From an uncultured Fibrobacterota bacterium (GTDB taxonomy: Bacteria; Fibrobacterota; Chitinivibrionia; Chitinivibrionales; FEN-1185): 64,000 bases of DNA. The notes beneath the pieces were generated by a model. It saw nothing but the letters and a program-made list of their open reading frames with translations, searched no databases and was not told where the DNA came from. Of this stretch, positions 28,557 to 38,616 are shown in pieces (the first letter of the stretch is position 1; each line of letters begins with the position of its first letter). The DNA is taken from positions 1 to 64,000 of the forward strand of contig CAVSQB010000007.1 in NCBI GenBank assembly GCA_963729895.1. Reading direction: 5' to 3'. Position numbers and translations under genes: made by a program.

Positions 28557-30514
28557 CGAGAAACCATCTCAGTACAGCTTCAAGACCCCTGAGATCAACT
28601 ACCTTGCGCTAATGGCCCCAAAGGTGCCTGCGAAAGTGGTTGACATTATGCTTTCTGTCCCGATGTCATCGCAGACCTTCAACCCCGAAATCATTGACCG
28701 GTTCTTGTGGATTTGCGGTAATCTGCCCGCAGAACAATTGGCAAGAATGGTGCGAAAAATCCGAGATGAGAGATGGATACAGCTCATGGGCAAGTTTACC
28801 CAATGGGAAACCGAATACGAAAAGATGTTTCAGATCTTATCTGATGCCACGGACTACGAGAGCATCCTTGCGCTTGCTGAAGCGGTACTATCGACACGAA
28901 CAAGAGAAGAGATGGAGATATCCGCTGGACGAGTTAGTATCGGTAATCCATTCTATTTCGAGGAATTGTTTGAAACCAGGGTATTTGACCACCTGATGAA
29001 AATAGGGGAAGCCTACGCGGAACGGGCTCTTGAACTGGCAACCAAAGTGCTAGGGGAACTCGTTCTTCTTGGTGGAAATGCAAAGCCAGGTGAAGCATTT
29101 CCAATAGAGGACGTGTTCCATCTATTCGATGTGGACTTCTTTGCGGTGAGCGCCGACAAAAGAGATGGCTTTTCGCCTCAAGAAAATGTTAGTGGGTTAG
29201 CAGTCGTTGTCAAGGAACTTGCCAGCCGGCTGATTGGAGACAAATGCACACAACCGGACGCCGTCCGAAAAACCTATGACAAATACATCAGGTTGTTGCC
29301 TGAAAGTAAAGCAATGTGGCGATTAAAACTGTCTGTTTTGAGCTTGTGTCCTGCTGTTTTTGCGGACGATCTGAGGCAATCTTTTTTCAAGTTATTCGAG
29401 GCGAAGCGCTATAGCGAAGTTATGTCTGGCGCAGAATATGAAAAAGCCTTAGAGGAAGGATTTTCCGTATTGTCTGAACCTGACAAGCATGAATACGTAT
29501 CACGGGTCATTGGTTGTTTTAAGAGGACTGTGGAAGACAAGGATGAACAGTATTGGCTTATGCGATACGGAACCAGAATATTCTCAATGATCAGGCTCCA
29601 CCTTGCTGAAGGAGAAATTAAACAATTTGAGGATGCCGGATTCCTATTTGAGCAGGACTATGAACCCAAACCGGCAATAAGTGAAATCCGCTGGGTTAAG
29701 CCAATTGGCCCAACTAGCCAGGAGGAATTTGGAAAACTTCCCATAACCGAGATTCTTGAGAACCTTCGCACCAAGTGGGCTCCCGAAGCGCTGGGCAAAC
29801 AGGATACAAAGAGAGACCCACTCAATGCTGAGGGTGTTGGGGAGTTATTGCGTGCAGATATTCCCAAACGTCTCCAGGATTATGCAAATGCCGCCAACCT
29901 GTTTTTCAACCGAGGTGTGCTTCATCAGCACTACACGTATTCGTTCTTACGGGGCATCCAAGAAGTTCTCCGTGAAAAGAAAGCTGATTTGAAAGGCATA
30001 AATTGGGACAGCCTAATTAGTCTTCTAGTATCAATAACGAAGTCTGGAGGGGAGAGCCAACCTGACAAAAGGAAAAACAGCGGAGATGCGGTAGGTGCAT
30101 GGCTTGTTGGATGGGATGAAGTTCATTCGATGATGGCTGACGTAATTCAAGAGCTACTGAGCGAAAAAAGTGGGAAGATAAATATTCAATTCGAAAAGTA
30201 TCGCGATCCGCTTTTCGCTGCCCTAAAGTATCTCCTGAGGCATCCAAATCCTTCTCCTGAGGATGAAAGGATCGAAACGGCAAGGATGAAGACAAAGTCC
30301 GGAAGCGAAAAAGAGTTCCTCGTGAGTGACCCCTTCATGATGGCCATCAATTCGGTGCGCGGCCGAGCATTTGAGGCGTTCGTTTCCTTTGTATTTCAGG
30401 ACGGAAAAAGATTTGAAAATGGCGAGAAGCCGAAAATATCCTCAGATGTGAAGCTTGCCTATGAACAGGTCTTGAAGAATGAAAAGACGCGAGCCATAAT
30501 GTTCCTGTATGGGT

Positions 30515-32157
30515 CCTGATTCCGTGAGATAAGGTTATTAAAAACAAATTGACGGCGTTGACAAGAACGAATATGGTTGCTAAGGCTTCTTGATAAGTTG
30601 TTGCCGGGGTGATTCCACTATGATTTGCGCTTCTGACCCCATGGTTGACAAATACACTCAACGTGTCGGTGGCGACGTTTGTTTGGTTACGGGTCTATTT
30701 CCGTTTATTGCTCTCCTTAGGTCAGCCATCCGTGGCGAACGCCAGATACGTTTGCGTCCACGCTATGCGGAGTTGATTCCGCCGCGACAGGGCAAGCATC
30801 AACCGGCGGGCATGCGTTATCACGCGTGCTGCTATGTACATAAGATCCTGAATGACCTTCCGCAATCTCCGGCGTGCAACTTTCTTACGCGGCACGTACC
30901 CCTTGTCGATTCCAACTTGGCCGCAGAGCCGCAGCATGTTGAACGCAAGAACCGCCAACGTCAACACCAATGCGTTGGTCGTGAACTTCCCGCTGGGAAG
31001 CCGCTCCAGCGCCATATCACTCTTCAGCTCCGAGTGAAACTGCTCGCTGGTGCCATGATCCCGGTACGCTGCAATAACGTCGTCCGGGCCGGCGTTGCGT
31101 CTGCTCAGGCTCGTCCACCACGTGTGAACCTCTACATCCGGCAGCAGCAAGGCGTTTCCGTCGCGGTCGATTGTCCGTTCGATCACCTCGAACACAACGC
31201 GCATGTTTTCGCCGTTTCTTTCCCGTATTGTCTCACCAACGTACACGGTCTTGCCTTCACGAGGATGACGCCAGTCACCGAGCGCTTGAGCATCCACGAG
31301 CCATTCGTCAATAGATTCCCTGCGTATGTTCCGTTTGATTATGTAATCGACCTTTTCCTTGCGGCAGACTCGCATGTTTTCAATATCGTCATGTCCGGCA
31401 TCAAGACGCACAAGGATCGAACGATCCGTTATTTTTCGAGCAAGGGCTATGGTCTTGCGCAGAAACTCCGGAGTTCCTTCCTGGCAATGTTGTTTCCCTT
31501 CGCGCAACTCCGCGTTCAGCAGGTAGCCTTCCACGCCTATGTAGGCAAGCATCGGAGAATATCCCTCGAACAACTTGTACGTGCAGCTTACGCCTTCCTT
31601 ATGAGAACCACTGTTGTCAAAAGGAGATACGTCAGCGTCAATCGGAATATACGGTCCAAAGCAGGCGGTGAGCCGTGGCGCTGCTTTTTTCAACAGGGAC
31701 GCCGAAGCGGAAAGGACTGCGTTTTGAACGGTCAGGCCCGTTTCGTCCATTCGCTGCCGCAGTGTAGCCTCGGAAGGAACCGCTTTCAATCCAAGCATCT
31801 CCTGAAAATAGTCGTCTTCACGAAACTGCTCGACCCCGTCAAAGTCTGGTTTGGCAAGACACAAAAGCCCCGTCATGGTCAGCAGCGCGTCCGCGGTGCT
31901 TATACTCCCGCTCTTCTTGTCCGGAGTAACCTGCGAAACACGCTCGCGCAAACCGGATCGCTCCGCAAGCATCCCGATCATTGCCATTCCACCATGGCTG
32001 GTCAGAAACTCGTCCGTCTCCGTGATTATCAACTTTCTCGGCTTTGGCATGACACCTTCCGGGTGAATAATGTGAACTGCCATTTAGTCAAGCACCATTC
32101 ACCCTTAATCTACACGAAAAATCATCAAAATGCCAAAGTTTTTCTCACGGATTTAGG
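30515..32157 (-). mobile_element. IS1380-family insertion sequence, copy 2 (inverted relative to copy 1)
   Basis: Same IRs and transposase as 15419-17061; flanks TGGGT / AGGGA form an imperfect 5-bp duplication. Confidence 0.92.
30722..32083 (-). CDS. IS1380-family transposase
   Basis: Translation identical to 15493-16854. Confidence 0.93.
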   Translation of the reverse strand: MAVHIIHPEGVMPKPRKLIITETDEFLTSHGGMAMIGMLAERSGLRERVSQVTPDKKSGSISTADALLTMTGLLCLAKPDFDGVEQFREDDYFQEMLGLKAVPSEATLRQRMDETGLTVQNAVLSASASLLKKAAPRLTACFGPYIPIDADVSPFDNSGSHKEGVSCTYKLFEGYSPMLAYIGVEGYLLNAELREGKQHCQEGTPEFLRKTIALARKITDRSILVRLDAGHDDIENMRVCRKEKVDYIIKRNIRRESIDEWLVDAQALGDWRHPREGKTVYVGETIRERNGENMRVVFEVIERTIDRDGNALLLPDVEVHTWWTSLSRRNAGPDDVIAAYRDHGTSEQFHSELKSDMALERLPSGKFTTNALVLTLAVLAFNMLRLCGQVGIDKGYVPRKKVARRRLRKVIQDLMYIAARVITHARRLMLALSRRNQLRIAWTQTYLAFATDG

Positions 32158-33193
32158 AGGGAATTATCTTCCTGTTTTTTATTTCCGCGACAGGGGGTGG
32201 ATTGTGGGGCTTTTGCCTCAGATTTTTCCTCGGGGTCCAGAGAAGAAAGACCTTTACACCGGAGCGTGGGAGGGCTACCTTTCAAGGAATCTCTATAAGG
32301 AAATGTTTTTGGACCCAAACATACAAGAATTGTATAGCCTCGGTCTCCGCTTGACGGATTCCGATTATCCGAAACAAAAGCACTTTATGGAGCCAGACAT
32401 TGGCCTTGCCAACCATTTTGCACTCGCATTCTCGTACTTCAAGGAATTTGGATTTGAACATCATTTATTCAAGAAGTTTTGGGAAACTCCAAATAGTGAA
32501 AGGCATAAAGAGTTCATTTCTTTTATTGGCCGCAATGTGGTGTCCGGAAATATTACAGCAGACCAGATGCTGAAAATGGGATTGGACAGACCAAGGCTGA
32601 AGGAGTTCTGGGATTGGGCGGTTGCGAGATGCGGAACTGATGAGCTCATTGGCTTCGGTCACTGGATAAGCCTCAAACAGAAGATATTTGAGACGTTCTG
32701 GCTTGCAGATCACGTGGAAAACCTTCTCGAGAAAACAAAGGGTGCTTTGGATTGGATTTATGGGCTTAAGGAATCTGCAGTCCAGTTTGCAAAAGAAGCT
32801 CCAGAAAGTACTCTGTCGATTGCGCAGCTTTATCTACTTGACGGAATGGTGCGTGCAAATAATCCTAAGAAATTTCGTCTCCTTGATGATGAATGGTTCG
32901 AGGCCATAAAGGTTCTCTACAACAGCCCCGCAACAAAACCAGGAACGTATACGCTTATTAACGATCTTATTGGTGAAGGCGGAAGTCCTTTTTGGGGGCT
33001 TAAGGACATTTTGAAGAGGTAAGGAATTTGTGACAAACGTTAATTTTCTCGGCCTTCGGCCTCCAGTGAAAATCCAAACCTTGATATTGTCCCTCGGTGA
33101 CTTTTTTTGGCCGAAAACATGGTTCCCTCGATGCTCAGAGAGCAGTTCTCTTTTCAAAATTCGCGCAAGCCTTTATTGACAAGTAGGCAACGG

Positions 33194-33367
33194 CCTTCTG
33201 CCCTGCGCCAGGCACAACCGGAGGGTGCGCCGGAGCGCAGTGCCGGCCGGCCCGGCCATAAGGCATAGGGCGGCCCGGCACCGAGGCCGAACGGCCGAGC
33301 CCAAAGGGAGGGCCGCCGTCCCGGCAGGGACGGGGCGCCCAGATTCTTATCTTAATATTGGTGTGCA
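33194..33367 (-). repeat. Copy R6 of the modular repeat family (end of unit A, linker, module B; inverted)
   Basis: Reverse complement reads gcacacc-aatattaagataagaatc-tgggcgccccgtccc..., matching 12321-12380 and 14241-14430. Confidence 0.85.
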
Positions 33368-33428
33368 CCCTGCCCGGGCTCTCCAGTCTATCACCTCAAC
33401 CTTAATATGGAATAAACCCCTCCCACAA

Positions 33429-33457
33429 TTGACTTCCTTTCCCGCCCAATCTATTTT
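33429..33457 (+). promoter_or_regulatory. Putative promoter for purM
   Basis: TTGACT-17 bp-TATTTT. Confidence 0.45.
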
Positions 33458-33618
33458 GAATCGCTTTGCCATAACCCCGCTGGTGGGGAAGATTCCGTAA
33501 ATCCCGGGGTAACGCTGTCTTTAGTTTTTTCGTATTTGCCCCCAGTAATTCCGTGTCGACGCGATAAAGGCCCAAGCCATGCCTTTGTTCAACAATTTTC
33601 CCGGTTAGAGAATCCCTT

Positions 33619-34659
33619 ATGCCATCCACATCACTCAGTTATGCCGATGCAGGCGTTAATATTCCGGTTTGGAACGCGGCAAGAAAGCGGATTGGAAAGC
33701 TTGTAGAGTCCACGTTCAACAAGAATGTTGTGGGCAGGTTCGGACACTTTGGCGGCATGTTCTCCATCGCGTCGCTGAAGAGCTACAAGAAGCCCATCCT
33801 GGTTTCATCGGTGGACGGCGTGGGCACAAAGCTCAAGATTGCGGCCGAAACCGGCATCCACTGCACCGTGGGCATGGACATTGTGAACCACTGCATCAAC
33901 GACATTCTCGTGCTCGGGGCAAAGCCGCTGTACTTTCTCGACTACATTGCAACCGGGAAACTCGACCCGGACGTATTTGTCAAGGTCCTTGCCGGGCTCA
34001 CCCGCGCCTGCAAAGACGCCGGTTGCGTGCTCATCGGGGGCGAGACCGCTGAAATGCCGGGCATGTACCAGGCGGGCGAGTACGACATTGCCGGGACCAT
34101 CGTGGGCGTTGTGGACGAAAAGGACGTTATTGACGGAAGCAAAATAAGAATCGGGGACATCATCATCGGCCTGCGGTCCAACGGCCTGCACACCAACGGG
34201 TACAGCCTTGCGCGCACCATCGTCAAAGACGTTGCGAAGAAATCCTATTTTGACAAATTTCCCGAAACCGGGCGCACCATCGGAGAGGAACTGTTGCGGC
34301 CGCATCGGCCCTACAGTCCCGTGCTCGGCCTCATGAAGAAGGGCCTAGTTCGCGGCTGTGCGCACATAACGGGCGGCGGGTTCACCGACAACGTTGACCG
34401 TATCCTGCCTCCGAAATGCGATGCCGCAGTCGATTGCAGATCCTGGGAGCCTGATGCGATTTTCACCTGGATGCAGAAGCAGGGCAACGTGGAAAACCCC
34501 GAAATGTACCGGACTTTCAACATGGGAATCGGCATGGTGCTTGCGGTAAAACCTGCGGACGCGGACAAGGTCCTGCGCTCAAAGGAAATTTCGAAATTCG
34601 GGCCCCGCGTGGTGGGTACTATCGTAAGGGGAAGCGGGAAGGTGAAACTGACGTTCTAG
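33619..34659 (+). CDS. purM: Phosphoribosylformylglycinamidine cyclo-ligase
   Basis: YADAGV, DGVGTKL, GGETAEMPGMY, SNGLHTNGYSL, AHITGGG, EMYRTFNMGIG. Confidence 0.97.
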   Translation: MPSTSLSYADAGVNIPVWNAARKRIGKLVESTFNKNVVGRFGHFGGMFSIASLKSYKKPILVSSVDGVGTKLKIAAETGIHCTVGMDIVNHCINDILVLGAKPLYFLDYIATGKLDPDVFVKVLAGLTRACKDAGCVLIGGETAEMPGMYQAGEYDIAGTIVGVVDEKDVIDGSKIRIGDIIIGLRSNGLHTNGYSLARTIVKDVAKKSYFDKFPETGRTIGEELLRPHRPYSPVLGLMKKGLVRGCAHITGGGFTDNVDRILPPKCDAAVDCRSWEPDAIFTWMQKQGNVENPEMYRTFNMGIGMVLAVKPADADKVLRSKEISKFGPRVVGTIVRGSGKVKLTF

Positions 34660-34672
34660 AAATTTTCCGCGG

Positions 34673-34780
34673 CGCCTCACTCCGCTTCACCTCATCGCCC
34701 CGGCTTTCAGCCACCCCTCTTCCTCTCTCCGCTCGCGGAGAAGGGATGAGGGAAGAGGGAAGGGGAGAAGGGGTGAGGCG
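34673..34780. repeat. REP-like long palindrome (CCTCACC...CCCTCTTCC...GGAAGAGGG...GGTGAGG family)
   Basis: Same architecture as the copies at 53348, 53818, 55528 and 56500. Confidence 0.8.
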
Positions 34781-34816
34781 AAAGCAAGATTTTCCATAAC
34801 ACGTTACGGCTTTATC

Positions 34817-36298
34817 ATGAATCACAAACTTTTCTTATACAACACCGCCGCGCGCAGCAAAGAGGAATTCGTGCCGGTCCACGATCCCGTGGCCATGTAC
34901 TGCTGCGGCCCGACCGTTTACAATTTCGCCCATATCGGCAACCTTCGCACCTATATTTTTGAAGACGTGCTCAAGCGCGTGCTGCTGTCGCTCGGATTCA
35001 AGGTGAAGCACGTTGTAAACATCACCGATGTGGGCCACCTGACTTCCGATGCCGACTCCGGCGAAGACAAGATGGAAAAAGGGGCGAGCCGCGAAGGGAA
35101 AACCGTGTGGGAGATCGCCGAGTACTACACGAAGATGTTCAAACAGAACATCAAGGACCTCAACATTCTCGATCCCGATCTCTGGCCCAAGGCAACGGAC
35201 CACATCGCACAGATGATAGCCCTGGTGAAGGCGATAGAGAAAAATGGATTTGCTTATAAGACGAGCGACGGCATCTATTTCAACACCTCGAAGTTCCCGG
35301 CCTACGCCGAATTCGCGCAGATCGACATCGAAAACCTGCAGGCGGGCAGCCGCGTTGACATGGGAGACAAGAAGAACGCCACCGACTTCGCGCTGTGGAA
35401 ATTCTCGCCCAGAGACAGGCAGCGCCAGATGGAATGGAGCAGCCCGTGGGGCAAGGGATTCCCCGGCTGGCACATCGAGTGCAGCGCCATGTCGCTGGCG
35501 TACTGCCCGCAGCCGCTCGACATTCACTGCGGCGGCATGGACCATGTGCGCGTGCACCACACCAACGAAATCGCCCAGACCGAGGCCGCAACCGGCAAAC
35601 CGTTCGTGCGATACTGGCTGCACGGCGAGTTCCTGGTAGTTGACAAGGGGAAAATGGCCAAATCGTCCGGCGATTTTCTCACCCTGGATTCAATCAGGGA
35701 ATCGGGCATTTCGCCGCTTGCGTACCGCATGTTCTGCTACACGGCGCATTACCGGAGCCCCCTGATGTTTTCGTGGGACGGGCTCAAGGCCGCCGGGCAC
35801 GGGCTGGCCAACCTGAAGAAACTGGTTTTTTCCGAAACCAGGAAGCCTTCTTCGCCCGCTGCGGCGTCCCGCGAGTCGGTTGATGGCATCCTGGCTCCGT
35901 TTTATGAAGCGTTGTGCGACGACATGAACATGCCGGTCGCCTGCGCGCATGTGTGGGCGCTCCTGAGAGACGCCGGTGTAAGCGCGGAGGAGAAATATCG
36001 TGCAGTCGAATCTGCGGATGCCGTACTCGCGCTCGACCTCCTCAAGGACGATAGAGTGCAGGACACGGTTTCCGAAATCGAAAGGGACGGGATGCGGCTG
36101 AAGATCGTTTCGGATGCCGCGCCGCAGGAAGTGCTTGTAGAACAGATTGTTTCGCTCATGGCTCAGCGCGTGGAGGCCCGAAAGAACAAGACCTTTGACA
36201 AAGCGGATTCGATCAGGAAGGAGCTGTCGGGCATGGGCGTGGAAATCAAAGACCTGCCGGGCGGCGTGGCCGAGTGCCGCATCGGCGTTCATTCATAG
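34817..36298 (+). CDS. cysS: Cysteine--tRNA ligase
   Basis: YCCGPTVY, HIGN, DFALWK, PGWHIECSAMS, HHTNEIAQ, KMAKS. Confidence 0.97.
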   Translation: MNHKLFLYNTAARSKEEFVPVHDPVAMYCCGPTVYNFAHIGNLRTYIFEDVLKRVLLSLGFKVKHVVNITDVGHLTSDADSGEDKMEKGASREGKTVWEIAEYYTKMFKQNIKDLNILDPDLWPKATDHIAQMIALVKAIEKNGFAYKTSDGIYFNTSKFPAYAEFAQIDIENLQAGSRVDMGDKKNATDFALWKFSPRDRQRQMEWSSPWGKGFPGWHIECSAMSLAYCPQPLDIHCGGMDHVRVHHTNEIAQTEAATGKPFVRYWLHGEFLVVDKGKMAKSSGDFLTLDSIRESGISPLAYRMFCYTAHYRSPLMFSWDGLKAAGHGLANLKKLVFSETRKPSSPAAASRESVDGILAPFYEALCDDMNMPVACAHVWALLRDAGVSAEEKYRAVESADAVLALDLLKDDRVQDTVSEIERDGMRLKIVSDAAPQEVLVEQIVSLMAQRVEARKNKTFDKADSIRKELSGMGVEIKDLPGGVAECRIGVHS

Positions 36299-36323
36299 AA
36301 GTCACGTACCAAGGAGTTGCATT

Positions 36324-36914
36324 GTGATAAACGCAAAAGGGAATTCCTTCTCCGACGAACTCAAGAAAATGGTGGTGGGCGCAGACATCGAAGAACAGAT
36401 GCTGAAGCGCAGGGAGATTTTCCTCTGGGGCGAGATCAACGACGAGTCTGCGGCGATGGTAGTCCAGAAAATAATCTATTTCGACGGCCAGAACAACGAG
36501 GACATCACGCTGTTTATCAACAGCCCGGGAGGCATGATAAGCTCCGGGCTTGCCATCTACGACGCAATGCAGTATGCCGCCTCGGATATCAAAACGGTGT
36601 GCATGGGCCTGGCGGCGAGCATGGGCGCTGTGGTGCTGTGCGCAGGAGCAAAAGGAAAGCGCCAGAGCTGGGAAAATGCCAGGATCATGATCCATCAGCC
36701 GCTCATCGCGGGCAATTTCTTTGGCCCTGCCTCGGAAATCAAGATTCAGGCCGAGGAGATGCTTAAAGTGCGCGACCGGCTCAACCGGATACTTGCCGAT
36801 CATTCCGGCCAGCCTCTCAAGAAGATTGAAGAAGACACCGACAGGGACTACTTTATGTCGTCCGAAGAGGCGGTGAAATACGGGCTGATCGACACTATTG
36901 TAAAAAAATTATAA
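36324..36914 (+). CDS. clpP: ATP-dependent Clp protease proteolytic subunit
   Basis: INSPGG, AASMG (Ser), MIHQP (His), DTDRD; GTG start 7 nt after aaggag. Confidence 0.93.
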   Translation: MINAKGNSFSDELKKMVVGADIEEQMLKRREIFLWGEINDESAAMVVQKIIYFDGQNNEDITLFINSPGGMISSGLAIYDAMQYAASDIKTVCMGLAASMGAVVLCAGAKGKRQSWENARIMIHQPLIAGNFFGPASEIKIQAEEMLKVRDRLNRILADHSGQPLKKIEEDTDRDYFMSSEEAVKYGLIDTIVKKL

Positions 36915-36972
36915 TCCTTTGGCTTTCATAATCAACATATAGTATATTTTCAAAACTTTTTTGCGCTAAAAC

Positions 36973-37048
36973 GCCGATGTAGCTCAGCTGATAGAGCATC
37001 CGACTTGTAATCGGATGGTCGGGGGTTTGATTCCCTCCATCGGCTCCA
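36973..37048 (+). tRNA. tRNA-Thr (UGU), CCA encoded
   Basis: Cloverleaf gccgatg/catcggc; anticodon loop ct-tgt-aa; A19/U56 variant. Confidence 0.93.
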
Positions 37049-37081
37049 TTACAGAGCGGTAGTACAATTTAGCAATTTGAT

Positions 37082-37164
37082 GGGTAGGTGCCCGAGTGGT
37101 TAAAGGGGATGGACTGTAAATCCATTGGCTGACGCCTACGGTGGTTCGAAACCATCCCTACCCA
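37082..37164 (+). tRNA. tRNA-Tyr (GUA)
   Basis: gggtagg/cctaccc acceptor, ct-gta-aa loop, long variable arm. Confidence 0.95.
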
Positions 37165-37173
37165 GATACGCAT

Positions 37174-37246
37174 GCGGGCATAGCTCAATTGGTAGAGCTC
37201 CACCCTTCCAAGGTGGCTGTTGTGAGTTCGAGTCTCATTGCCCGCT
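37174..37246 (+). tRNA. tRNA-Gly (UCC)
   Basis: gcgggca/tgcccgc acceptor, ct-tcc-aa loop. Confidence 0.95.
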
Positions 37247-37258
37247 TTTTCGACTTTC

Positions 37259-37332
37259 GCCCATGTAGCTCAGTTGGTAGAGCACATCCTTGGTAAGGAT
37301 GAGGTTCATCGGTTCGATCCCGATCGTGGGCT
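37259..37332 (+). tRNA. tRNA-Thr (GGU)
   Basis: gcccatg/cgtgggc acceptor, ct-ggt-type anticodon loop (cttggtaa); classic thr-tyr-gly-thr-tuf order. Confidence 0.93.
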
Positions 37333-37399
37333 TTTCGGAAAAAAACGATAGCCGATAATACCCATAACCTGTCTTTTTCACAATATCAAGGGGAGTCTC

Positions 37400-38605
37400 A
37401 TGGCAAAGGAAAAGTTCTCTCGAACCAAGCCGCATGTGAATGTCGGAACCATCGGTCACGTCGACCATGGCAAAACAACCTTGACGGCTGCGATAACGCG
37501 CGTCATGGAGACCAAGGGCCTGGCCAAATACGTTTCGTACGACCAGGTCGCCAAGGCATCCGAGTCGCAGGGACGCAGGGACGAGACCAAGATCCTGACA
37601 ATCGCGACATCGCATGTCGAGTACGAGTCGGAGAACCGCCATTATGCGCATGTCGACTGCCCCGGACACGCGGACTATGTCAAGAACATGATCACGGGCG
37701 CGGCCCAGATGGACGGCGCAATCCTCGTGGTGAGCGCTGCCGACGGCCCCATGCCCCAGACGCGCGAACACATCCTGCTTGCCCGTCAGGTGGGCGTGCC
37801 GTACATCGTCGTGTATCTCAACAAAGTCGACACCGTGGACGATCCCGAGCTGCTCGAACTCGTGGAACTCGAAGTGCGCGAACTCCTTACCAAATACGAA
37901 TTCCCCGGCGATACGATCCCGATCATCCGCGGCAGCGCCATTCAGGCACTGCAGAACCCGACCGACCCGGAAAAGAACAAGAGCATCTTTGAGCTTATCG
38001 CGGCGGTCGACAAATACATTCCGACACCGAAGCGCGAGACGGACAAGCCGTTTCTCATGCCGGTGGAAGACGTGTTCTCCATCACCGGCCGCGGTACGGT
38101 CGCCACGGGCAGGGTGGAGCGCGGCACGGTGAAGGTCGGCGACGAGGTGGAGATCGTGGGTATCAAGGATACGCGCAAGACAGTGGTGACGGGCGTCGAA
38201 ATGTTCCGCAAGCTGCTTGACAGAGCAGAGGCAGGAGACAACATCGGCTGCCTGCTGCGTGGCATTGAGAAAGACGACATCGTGCGCGGCATGGTGCTTG
38301 CAAAGCCAGGTTCCATTACGCCGCACAAGAAGTTCAAGGCCCAAGTATATGTCTTGTCAAAGGAAGAAGGCGGCCGTCATACGCCGTTTTTTACCGGGTA
38401 CCGTCCGCAGTTCTACTTCCGTACAACAGACGTTACCGGAAACCTTGCTCTTGCGCAGGGTGTGGAGATGCTCATGCCCGGCGACAATGCGTCGCTTGAA
38501 GTGGAGCTTATAGCGCCCATAGCCATGGAAAAAGGGCTCAAGTTCGCGGTTCGCGAAGGCGGACGCACGGTAGGATCAGGCGTGGTTGCAGAAATTGTCG
38601 AATAG
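37400..38605 (+). CDS. tuf: Elongation factor Tu
   Basis: [36 protein letters not shown]. Confidence 0.99.
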   Translation: MAKEKFSRTKPHVNVGTIGHVDHGKTTLTAAITRVMETKGLAKYVSYDQVAKASESQGRRDETKILTIATSHVEYESENRHYAHVDCPGHADYVKNMITGAAQMDGAILVVSAADGPMPQTREHILLARQVGVPYIVVYLNKVDTVDDPELLELVELEVRELLTKYEFPGDTIPIIRGSAIQALQNPTDPEKNKSIFELIAAVDKYIPTPKRETDKPFLMPVEDVFSITGRGTVATGRVERGTVKVGDEVEIVGIKDTRKTVVTGVEMFRKLLDRAEAGDNIGCLLRGIEKDDIVRGMVLAKPGSITPHKKFKAQVYVLSKEEGGRHTPFFTGYRPQFYFRTTDVTGNLALAQGVEMLMPGDNASLEVELIAPIAMEKGLKFAVREGGRTVGSGVVAEIVE

Positions 38606-38616
38606 CTTTTTTGGCG

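Larger units (their letters stand above)
24441..33022 (+). pseudogene. ~1003-aa predicted helical protein, partner of CHAT, interrupted by three IS elements
   Basis: Segments 24441-24624, 25923-25938, 28563-30514 and 32163-33022 sum to 3012 nt and read in one frame (...GFLSVL-KEKSE-KPSQY...MFLYG-YYLPVFYFRD...LKR*). Confidence 0.85.

Noticed and set aside
17062..30514. Existing inversion between the two IS1380 copies
   Set aside because: Both interrupted genes rejoin in frame as assembled; the swapped combinations give an immediate stop or an out-of-frame product.
30590..33022. 810-aa ORF as a real protein
   Set aside because: It is the antisense frame of IS1380 running by chance into the C-terminal segment of the interrupted CHAT-partner gene.
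33045..33120. Possible further repeat fragment (minus strand caatatcaaggtttggatt resembles linker + motif)
   Set aside because: The match is short, lacks the GCTGAGCCGG core and could be chance.
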